Shown here piece by piece: positions 13,146 through 23,800 of a stretch of DNA of 64,000 bases. The stretch is from NCBI GenBank assembly GCA_002633005.1, contig NMRA01000007.1, forward strand, positions 1,514,001 through 1,578,000, given 5' to 3'. Position 1 is the stretch's first letter, and the number at the start of each line of letters is the position of its first letter. Source of the stretch: Phoronis australis. Taxonomy: Eukaryota > Animalia > Phoronida. The translations under genes were made by a program, and so were the position numbers. The notes beneath the pieces were generated by a model. It saw only the letters and a list, made by a program, of their open reading frames with translations, was not told the origin of the DNA and made no database searches.

Positions 13146-13652
13146 TTTTTCCTGCATGATGCTGAAGAAACATTTCTTTGTGACTGGTGATTTTTTAAAT
13201 CGTAAAGGAACATAATCGGTTTTAGGGTCAAAGTTCATTTTGGGGACAATGCTGGAATGGCAATGGATTTCTTGAAGATGTTAACTTAAACAACAGCTAT
13301 ATAACAAAATCCGTTATTATTTTTAAGATTTTATTACAAATCGCGAAATTCTCGACGTTGACTGTTGGTACTTTCATTGAAGTCAGACCGGTAGCGTTAT
13401 CAGACAAAATTGCATTTTGCCATCATATTGAGCATGTGAAAACGAAAATGGAATTGGGCATTTTACTCTCATAAAATCGGTTACTGTCATAGAATATTCC
13501 GCCACCACTAAGTAACGACAGCCAGGTGGCGTACAGGCTCCACGTTTTAGAATTTGTAATTTTAGATTTAAATTCTGAAACGTTTCGTTGAGTCGCTGAT
13601 GGTGTTGATGTTCTTGTTGGTAAAAGAAATAGTAAGAGCAAGTGTCCTATAC

Positions 13653-13658
<6 letters not shown>

Positions 13659-13698
<40 letters not shown>

Positions 13699-13706
13699 CG
13701 CGCGCG
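13659..13706. repeat. Compound (TG)n(CG)n microsatellite
   Basis: About 16 TG units immediately followed by about 8 CG units. Confidence 0.95.
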
Positions 13707-14318
13707 GGGGGATATACCAAAGAACCATGGGTTACCATAGAATTGTCTGAGTGGGTAATATGGAATTAGACAGTTAATTTGTTCGTTTTCTTTTCCAGCT
13801 TACCAGGACGAAATGATGCAACTTTAAATGCGCTTAAAATCTCGGCTCTCTGCTACTCAGCCATCAAGTGGAGTAAAGTTCCGCTGAAAGCGTTGGTTTG
13901 CGACCGCTGATGTACAGTCATGAGCAATTCGAATGGGTTTTGTGGCGGATAAAAAGACTGCACAGACTACATTATTTAAAACTTGAATATCATGGAGAAC
14001 TTTTAACCTATCGTTGTCTTTGCTTTTATTACTCACAGTTTAGAGGCCACGGTTGTTTTGCTTCAGAGTATGTCATCTTTTGCGATAGACATGTTTTATT
14101 GGCATCGCGTGTTACTATCGGAGCTTTCAATAACATGATGAATAATACATACAGTTTTCCGTTGACTGCGTGTCGTAACCTAGCGAGCTCATCCATTTGC
14201 TTTACGTAGACCGCAGTTGTGCACGGTCTGGATATTTTGAAATGATATGCAAGCCGAGGAGGTGTGGAACCATATATTTCGAGAAAGCTGATCACTGCGG
14301 CCGGCAACCCATGTGACC

Positions 14319-16970
14319 ATGTCAGACGCCATCACAATTAAGCCACATCCTGAACTACATCACAACGTCACCATAAATATATCGACAGAAGAGTGCAAGC
14401 CTTCCAACCCTTCCGACTGGACGGATGCTCTTAATCACTTGCGCGCGGACACCACCACCGCGCGCAAAGGAGAAAGCCGACAGCTCTTTCCCGTTGATGA
14501 AAACGATGATAACTCAAGGCCGGAATCGCCGTGGCCAGTTCTTGAGCCAGTGGGGGCCAAGAATTGTAATCCGTACATTGTGACGGATGCCGCTGGGTCC
14601 AGGGCTTCAATGACCAGTGTTGCGACACCAACACAATCAGGGATATGGACAGCAGGTAGTTGGTACCGGTATATCTTCGCCTGTTTTCATGAGCTGCATA
14701 TATTTTCCGTGCACCGTAGTTCTGTTTCTACCAACACATTTCTGTACCCACGAACTAAAATGATCTCTTCTCGTCTCTGCTGTGCAGTACGTCAGTGATT
14801 GGTGCTTAACGTACTACCAAAACTGTCAACCTTATCTCACTTTTTTGGACAAAAGACACACATTTACTTTGGTTTCAATGCAACCTTCTCAAAATATTGC
14901 CAACCAATAATTGTTTGCAAAAATTAAAACAAAAACAAATGATTTATGCTCTTTTGTGGAGAACGCAGTGAGACATTGTTTCACCTGTTTTGAAAATGTC
15001 TTGTATCCGACCCGTTTCTAGCTCACTTGTTTTACTGAATGAAAGGAAAATAGTTGTCATGTAATTTTTCACGTCAGTGGACAAAACAACACTCGAAGGA
15101 AAAACTGTAACATAAATCTATTGATCCTATAACTATTTACGCAAAATCTAGTTTTAATAAAAAAGTCTCAATTCAGAATGTTTGAGTGCACTTTGTAAGT
15201 TACATCCTGAAGAGCGCTTTATTCGTTGTAAATAATGTACCTGTATGTTGCCTAGGTTATTGTTTCATTCCACTAGTTGGAAAAATAGTCTAGTTGCCAA
15301 AAAGTTGACCCTGCAATATTGTTTATTGTAAAATTTTCTTTTGGGGATTTATTATATGTGGTTAGGAGAACAAAATTAACTTGGTTGCACTGTGTGCCAT
15401 TTTGATCGTTTTTATAATTCAAGATGGCAGCTTCCGCCATCTTGAATTTCGCCTAATTTCCTCATTCTGAACACGACAGCTTTAATTGTAGGACCCTGCA
15501 ATGTATCGTTTCCAATGTTTTTTTTGGGACGGAGACTCCATTTCTGCTATTATTTTATGGTAGAGCGAAAGAGTAAGCCTGAAAACTCCGTCGAGATGTT
15601 ACTGCATGGGTCACAACAGCGATTCGTGAAAAATTATGATTGTAAGAAAAAGAAATCTTTTGAATCCGGACGTTATTTTCGTGCACATGATATACTTTTG
15701 TTATCCTAAAGAAATTTAAATAATAATATGGGTTAGGGTTGAAAATTAGAATTTAAATGACATTTGAAGAAATGTGTTGTTTATATAGTAACAAAGCTGG
15801 GTAGACCGGTAGTTTCACGGTTTCACGCACCTTAAATTTATCAATTAATTTCAGACATGTTCAAGCCAGCTCAGCCAATGTATCCACAGGGACCCTACCA
15901 AACAGGTAAGTTACAGTCGCAAACATTCAGAAGTTCGTCATTTCCAACTTTCGGCATATAAACAGGCCTATAGTAAAAAATCCTTCCATGTGCAGAGACG
16001 GGTTTATGTAGGCCTATCGGAGAACCCGTTCACTGAGTTGAAAACTGCTTTAGTACCGCCTCCGGTGTCAAAACCTTTTGATTTAGACCACTCACACATG
16101 GGCCGGCGCACCATAGGGGGTGGGGGGGGGGGTGGGGCTATGACTCCACATTTTTCAGTACTGCGTCGCCCATGTTATACAGTTATGAAATAGGACAAAA
16201 TTTTGCCTTTCTCAACTTGGATATGATTTCTGGGATTAGACAGAAATGGCCTGTCGTTGTTACACGAGACCCGCGGGCGTGCATTCTGTAACGCCAGGAT
16301 CTATCTAAAACCTAGCCACGTGTTCTCATTTTAAAGACACGGCAATGTCTCACGTAGTCTAACTTTTTAGCGAAGTCCTATTGTTACTCAACGGGCCTTT
16401 AACTGAAACAAGTTGACTAATCACGGCGTGTTGTTTCATGCGCCGAACACCATAGATTTCAAATAAGAGCGAAGACGGTGTTTCCAAGCAGGAACCAATT
16501 TTCCCCCGATACGAGTTAAGTACAAGTCGAAACCAGTTTTACATCAGTAACTAAAGTGATCTAAATTAAACGTTAGTTTTTGATAGAAGTCGCGAGTGTT
16601 ACTCAAACTCGAGGCCTTAATTACTATTTGGAGGGATACAGACTGCGGGGAAGTTCCAAGAGTCGACAATTTACTGAAAACACCGCAAAATACTATTACG
16701 TTTATGTATATTTTACTGTACCGGTAAGGAAAGGGAAGTGGTTCGTATCTCCTGCGCAACAGAAATTCCATCATCAATGAAATCTAGTACCACTGGCGCA
16801 CACTTTCAATAATGGGGGTTGCCTTGAGCCTTCAAATGAAAATTGAGATCATGTAAGTAACGTCCAAAATAAAAGTTGTCACTCATGTTCATCTATTCAG
16901 TGTAGCAAAGCTTCACAAGTGGTCACGTCTCGTATGTATTAATGAATGTACGTATGTTCGTGTGTGTGTG

Positions 16971-17001
<31 letters not shown>

Positions 17002-18189
17002 TTGTGTGTGTGCGTATGTGTGTATGTAAGCCTAGTGCGGAACTATATGCATCATACCAGGAAGAGATAACCATATCTCTTCCTGATCATACTTAGACCA
17101 GCACCAAGGCTATAAACATATAACTGATTCTTTTCCAAAATTCTGAATAATGGATGACATCCTTAGACAAAAATTACAAAGAATACATGCTATTCCAGCG
17201 GCACGCCCCCTCCTCACATTCTACACCTCCCAGAGCAAGTATGCATTGAGATTTATTCAACACGTATTGCAGTCACATGGAGTAAAGCTGACGATTCTAT
17301 CACCGTTTCCAAACAGCCCCCGGGGACCGCAACAACCGTTCTCACCGACACTGAATGGACAGAGGACCCTACACCCTGCGTCTGCCCAAAGTGTAACCAC
17401 AGTGTACTTAGCAAAGTGTACTTCACGACAGGAACCTGCACGTACATTGCCTGTGTTGGTCTCTGCTTGATGGGGTACGTTCACACGGCGGGATCACTCA
17501 TGAACTTGCAGCACTTTTAAACGCCTACATAATATAAGAAGAATTCGCTTCCAACCTCAGCAGAGGGACAATGGGGAACTTTTAGAATTTTAATTAGTTT
17601 GTTTCAAACAAAGGCCAATTTAAACCAAGCTCATAAACTCGAGATCGCAATATTTTCACAATGCTTTAGTACTGCATTACCGACCGACACCTACGGTGCT
17701 GATGTTTGTTGAAAGTTGTCACATATAGACTTCACTTTTAGAACAGCTTTCTGGTAAAATGACCTTCGTTCTAAGAAAATAAGGGTGCTGAAGCCAACAT
17801 TTTAACCAAGTAATAAAAACCTTCTAAAATCAACAGTCTTCTTGTAAACTCTCCGTGTGAAGGTTCTTTGCCTCGAACGTAATTTGCCAACACGGCAATG
17901 AGAGTACTCGAAAGCAAATAGGTGCCGCTAATATAGCAAGGGCCAAACCAGTAAAAGTCAGATATTAGCGTACTGCTTTCTAGTCAAAATCTTTTGAGAT
18001 GTTTTAAAAAATGAGACATTTCTAAATTGTCTAGTTTCCCATTGAGTCTGATTGACACTAACACTTTTCTATTCCAGTTGTGACCTTGGGTGTTGTCTGA
18101 TACCATTCTTCATCGATAGCTGTAAAGACGGTATGCACTCCTGTCCAAAATGTCGCACGCATCTGGGCACCTACAAAAGGTGGTGCTGA
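14319..18189 (+). CDS. LITAF-domain (LITAF/CDIP1 family) endolysosomal zinc-binding protein; exons 14319-14655, 15855-15905, 17273-17474, 18078-18189 (233 aa)
   Basis: The phase-consistent GT-AG model totals 702 nt. The LITAF domain is CVCPKC ... hydrophobic [23 protein letters not shown] ... HSCPKC ... YKRWC*, a CDIP1-like ending, preceded by a Pro/Tyr/Gln-rich linker (PMYPQGPY). The N-terminal exon is less certain than the domain exons. Confidence 0.88.
16960..17026. repeat. Imperfect (TG)n microsatellite in LITAF intron 2
   Basis: Read directly from the sequence. Confidence 0.9.
17058..17085. mobile_element. 28-bp perfect hairpin element with 7-bp target-site duplication
   Basis: ATCATAC|CAGGAAGAGATA-ACCA-TATCTCTTCCTG|ATCATAC. 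Confidence 0.75.
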
Positions 18190-18813
18190 ACGCTAATGAC
18201 ACTTGCCAATCAGAGCTTGGAAGCTAGAGAACGAGAAACCATAGACTTTCCAAATCCAACTAGGCAAGCGAACAGGCAAGCTATCTTAGTGTGAGCCTAT
18301 AGAACCCAGACGAATGTCAAGCGAAGTCTTGCGGTCTCCCACACCACTACCTGAAGTTTGCATTTGTGTGAATATTTTCCCCCAAACGCACCATGCGTAA
18401 CTAGAAAAAACCTTCGACTCGAGAGTCATCAGTTCATCAGTTGTCCTCAGAGGTGATTCATACGTGTGTTGAAGAAACATTAAGATGAGCTTACTCCTTG
18501 AAATTTTGACCTACACAAGGAATCTCTTGAAAGGCATATGGATGGGACTGACACCAGATGAAGCACCATCAAGCAGGATATTTACTACTTCCCCGTCCCA
18601 ACAATAGATATCTTCGTCAAACAAGACATCTTGGTTCTTTATAGGCATACGAATGGGATTTTTCAAGACACGAAACTTCAAATTGAGATAAACCAAGTTT
18701 GAGGCGAAAAAAAATCCCAAAATTTGCGCCAGAAATAGTGCCGATGAATTCACTTGGAACTGAGCCCTCGTGGAAAACCAGAAGTGTTAACAGTCCTTCC
18801 CACACAGCCATGC

Positions 18814-18950
18814 CAGGGGCGAATCAGGGATTTTTTAAGAAGGGGAGGTCCAAGTCAACACTTTGTGAAAATTCTAGATTTGTTATCACTAAAATCAAGG
18901 AAAAAGGGGGGTCCAGACACTCCGTGACCACCCCCCCGGATCTGGCTATG
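18814..18950. mobile_element. hAT-like G/C-rich MITE, related to the copy at 43896-44057
   Basis: Both copies share the interior TGAAAATTCTAGATT...ATCACTAAAATCAAGGAAAAAGGGGGGTCC. Confidence 0.7.
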
Positions 18951-19056
18951 CAGGCAAAATGAAAACATACCAATGCTCTCCATTGAAAATGACAACTCGC
19001 AAAGTAACACTCTTAGCAGTTGTACACCCCAAATTAGGTAACTGTGAGATTGAACA

Positions 19057-19125
19057 TGCCTGCATTTTGAGAACCAGTTTTCTCAACTGAATAACAAGCA
19101 TCAACTGGTTCTCAAAATGCAGGCA
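19057..19125. repeat. 69-bp hairpin element, copy 1
   Basis: Perfect 23-bp arms: TGCCTGCATTTTGAGAACCAGTT and AACTGGTTCTCAAAATGCAGGCA. Confidence 0.8.
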
Positions 19126-20809
19126 CGTAGTATCAGAATATTGTACTGGATTGTGCTCTTTTCACTCTTGAATTATTTATCATGGAAATTCTGCACTTCA
19201 TGCCAATCAATGTAACTGCACACTAGAGTTTCACTAGAACATTATTTATATATACACCATAGCTACAACATACAACAGTCTTCCTTCTTTCCAATTACAA
19301 AGGTGAACTTTAACCCGATTAATTTAATCTCTCACGAAAAGCTTTCATGATTGCACAAGTTACATTTTGAGTGTAGTAATCACCATATGAATAGGAAAAA
19401 TAGCGTAACTTGAACTCCGTGATCCTACTGCTTAGCAATGACCACGACGCTCTTGGATATCAGGTAGAAGTACTGACAGTCCAATGATAAAGAGGTTATA
19501 AACCTGCCTTCCATGAAACACCAACATTTGATTTAGACCACTCATCATTAAAAAATTGGTCTCAAATTTGTCTCAGTCAAAATAGAGAGAATTTCGGGAT
19601 TTCAAAAAACTTGGAGATTTGCTTCCGATCAGACTCTACAAGTTGTCTTGTGAAGGAGTGTTATTTTATGTGACAACGATCTCAACAAATAACAAACTGT
19701 CAGTTTGCAAACTCACAAATCACGTCTCTTCCAAGTAAGGAACAAGATGAGACCTATTTTTTAGTGGTATGCGATCTCAATCAAATGTTCGCTTTTTGGA
19801 CGTAACACACGTTTAAAGACACTTAAAACAATCTGACACTGTGTTTATAGATATTAGTTGGAATTATTGCCAATTCAATGTTAAACAAACTTCACCCAAA
19901 GTTAGTTAGCACAGTCTGCGGTTGAGGTAACTGAGTGGATATCACCCCACATATCAGGGCTTGAAATGACCAAAAACAAAAAAAGGAAATTTTTCCTGGT
20001 GACGTATCACTCCACAAATACATTGGCTTGTGTGATAGAAATATTTTATGCATCCTAAAATTTAACTGAAATAAACGTTTCTGTAAGAATAAAGTCAAAA
20101 TAATGATAAAAGAGACGGAAAAAGAGGAAACTGGAAATGAAATAAGAGGAAATCGAAGCCATAACAGACAACAGGAAATCCTCTTAAAAGAGGAAAATTC
20201 CAAGCCCTGACATATACGAAATCTGTCAATAAATAATTTCTAATCATCATGACCATATCACGATAAAATATTACTTCCACTTCTTCCTTAGAATGCACTA
20301 ACGCCAGTGTTACCTTTCTATGTTCTTGATGGATAAAAGTTATGGCGTGTCGCAGGTACTACCTACTGTATTTCGAGTCGCTCACAGAGTCACTTGTTGG
20401 TTGAGTAACGAATTTCAAACCCTCAACAGCACAACACAACACAACCCAAAATTAGAAGAAGCACCTAACGCCAGCGAGTCACGTTTGTCCAAAATAACGC
20501 CCATGTTTGGCGTAAATATCTTGCACTGAATTTCCAAACTGTCACACTTAAACGCCCACGCCAAGCCAAACCCCATTTTTATTTTGTACAACTGAGCATG
20601 AACTTGGAAGATCATGGTATTATTTTCAGTTTACAGCACATGTTACTATAACATGCACTCGCCAGTACTTTCTCATCAGCTGCACATCATAAAGGGGTTG
20701 CTAGTAATGGATGCAGGTCTTGTTTACGTTCCCACTTTGCACCACAACCCTTGGAAGTTTACGAGCTAAACAAGTGGCAAAATTTGAAGGCCCTATAGTC
20801 TACCAACTG

Positions 20810-23800
20810 TTAGTCGAACAACAAGTCTTCGTCATCTTCTCCTTCTAACATGTTTGCAGGGTGATCCACGTCAACACCTTGTGCCTTTAATGATAACTTT
20901 AACTCCTCGGCTTTTGCTTTCTGTTCCTTCTTCTTGCCTTGCACTTTCTTTAACCTGGAGAATAGAATTTTGTGTAAGTCACTTACAAGGGTCCCTCGAT
21001 TTTGAGAACCAGTTTTCTCCACTCAGTAACGGGCATCAAACTGGTTCTAGAAATCCGGGACACCCGTAAGTGACTGTAGTCAAATTTTGAATGTAGTGTT
21101 TGAAGAGACGCTCCGTATGTCCTTACAGTGAATCTGTAAGATTTCACAAGTGCTACCCAGCCAATACATGGTAAATTAAATATCACATGTACATTATGGA
21201 AAAGAAACATTGAACAGTCTAAATCAAAAATGACTTTTGTGATGGAAGGCGATTTCACAGCTGCTTCAAACAAAAGTTGAAGGTTGTCAGAATTACCATG
21301 TTTCTCATTCTCAACCATGCAACAAACATTTACATAATATACTCTTGCAAACGAGTCTTGTTTGGACTATCAGCTTGTACAACTGATCCAAGAAGATCAA
21401 AAGAATTCCAGCACATCACCAATTTGCATACTGACTGAGTAAATGAGACATTTCACAACCTATACAATGTGATGCAAAGACAGTAAAAAATAATCCCACA
21501 AGTGCAGTTTCCTTGTTGTGATGACTATTTCTGTTTAAGGACTCCCTTGAACGAATTTTTATTATTTCAGATATATTGCGCTACTTAGATAGTCTCAGCA
21601 ACACTTTAGCACCAAAAGAAAACAATTTAGGAATTCTATAGTTCTGTCTACCCATTTCTGCATTTCATAAGCCCATTTTACCAAAATCATGCTTGAATTT
21701 TTGTAGTGAATATTTTTTTATTATAATTAATCATCAACCATAGTTAGATTACTTTCAATATGTACCAACAACAATTGTAAGTGAAAACGTACACTTTACA
21801 GACAAACCTATGAATTGCAAATATCCAAAAATAATCTCCATCTGAAATCATATGGTAACTACTCACCTATAGAACTCTTCTCTTTCTCGTTCGTCTAGTT
21901 CAGACGTGATATATGACAGTGTCCTCTCTATTCTTGGAATAATTACTGAAATAATTGCACGTTATATACTGTAACACTGGAAGTTAATCTACTCTGAGTA
22001 ATAAGTTAGAGTGGGAAGTATTTAAATCAGGGCCCAGGGTCTAATCTTCCACTAAAAGTCAACCCCGAAATTATTGTAAATTTACATTCCACACTAATAC
22101 ATAGAAAGTGATTTTAGGGAACGGGAAAACCAACAAATCTTTATTTGTGTAAACTAAATTCAAAAAGTTGGAATACTGTAGGTTGTATTTTTGAGTACCA
22201 TGAGCAATGTGGCTGTCAGTCAGGGCAATGGTTGTTTCCATACCCTAATACTAGATGGAGCTCAGTCAAACAGGATATCGACTGGTTCCCAAACCCAACA
22301 CTACATGACTGTCAATTAAACAAGACATCGACTGGTTCCATAACCCAACACTTGATGGCAGCCAGTCAAACTGAACATCGACTATTTCTGTGCCATAACA
22401 GTAGATGGAGTTCAGTCAAACCGGTCATCAACTGGTTCCATGTTCAAACACTTGAAGGGTATCAGTCAAACATGACATCAACTGGTTTCATCCCTCAACA
22501 ATAGACGGCGCTACTAGAAGGCTACTTTGCTGAGAACCTTCTCAACACTAGAACACACAGTCACACAACCCAGGCGGTTGTGGTGACTTTTAGAAGAAAT
22601 GTCATTACAGAATCACCAGCCACTGATAGACTTACCATGTTCAATAGCATTTACCCTCCTGTTGGTGATCTTGATAACCTCATCTAACGTGACAAATGAG
22701 GTCTGTAGAGAGGCCAGTTCGACCAGTAATTCTATTGCCTTGGCGTAGTTCTTCTTGAGCTTGTCAATTTGTTGCCCACCCCGAGACAGGCCAGTCAACT
22801 CATAACCTGGTTAAAACAACAACTATAGTAACTTTCTGTAATTCAGTTGCAAGAGTATGTATTGAAAATTTGTTCACCATGTAGTCTTCTTGCATGTAAT
22901 CTGTTGGTCACATCATGTGACCAATAGATAAAGGCAAAGGTAACCTTTTTTCATGTCATTTTTAGCAAAAATAGGTTTAGTTGATTATCCCAGACATATT
23001 TTTCACTTATTTACAGCTTTTCGTAATTTAATTAATTACTCGTCGTCTACTCCGGAAGTGATGTTTTGGGAGGCAAGAATTTCGTGCCAATTCCTTTTCA
23101 TACAGTCAGACTGTGAGAGCAGTCGAGTCAGTCATTGTTCTACCTCGGTTGTGATAAGTTCGGTCGTCGTTTGCTTTTGCTAACGAGTCAGTCAACATGC
23201 CACGCCGTTGCTGCCAACCGAGAAGTACTCATTATCGTCTCACGTACAGAGGAAGAACTGTCACACTTGCTCGAGTGTCCCGTGACACACTCCCAGTGGA
23301 TGGTGACTTGAGCACCCAAACTGCTTACATCCTGCCATGCGACTCCCTCGTCACACACGTGGCACCTTCTAAATAGCTCCAATACAAGTCCACAACAAAC
23401 TTATCAAACTTAGGCTCACTGATCTGTTCATTGGATGACGAACTGTCCTTTTCACTGGGTGTCAAACTGGGCCTGTATTCACTCCCACTACTCAACATCG
23501 CTGCAGGGCTGCTTACAGGCTCTGGGCTAGAGACAACAGCAAACGGGGAATCACTGCTAGTTCCTGGAATTGCACGCTATGGAGTACGTTCGGAGGCATG
23601 GGTGACAGTAGATGAAATGCCTCCAGTCACTGTCTATAGTGGCCACAGCTCGCGAGGCTTCTCGCTTCAAAAACGCACTTCTCGGGGGTGGCAACGAGGC
23701 ACTGCCAGAAATCAACAGCGACAGTATGGAACCCTTCTTCAGGCGTTGTTTCCCAGGGACCTTCATCAATTCAACGTACATATCTCTGTCGTAATCTGAC

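Noticed and set aside
17150-17470. 106-aa ORF and a possible mini-exon at 17199-17238
   Set aside because: It is the wrong frame over LITAF exon 3. The acceptor at 17272 gives a phase-consistent model without it.
18408-18440. Minus-strand hammerhead (CTGATGA...GACTC TC GAGTC GAAG); also CTGATGA at ~41360 and ~49656
   Set aside because: The GAAA box or stems I/III are missing.
18187-18540. Possible selenocysteine or readthrough at the LITAF TGA (C-TGA, frame open ~34 codons, ATGA-N12-AAA at ~18485)
   Set aside because: CDIP1/LITAF proteins normally end at YKRL(C). The candidate SECIS helix pairs over only 6 bp.
22215-22515. CRISPR-like periodic array
   Set aside because: The units are homologous along their whole length, so there are no unique spacers. 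No cas genes are present and the context is a eukaryotic intron.
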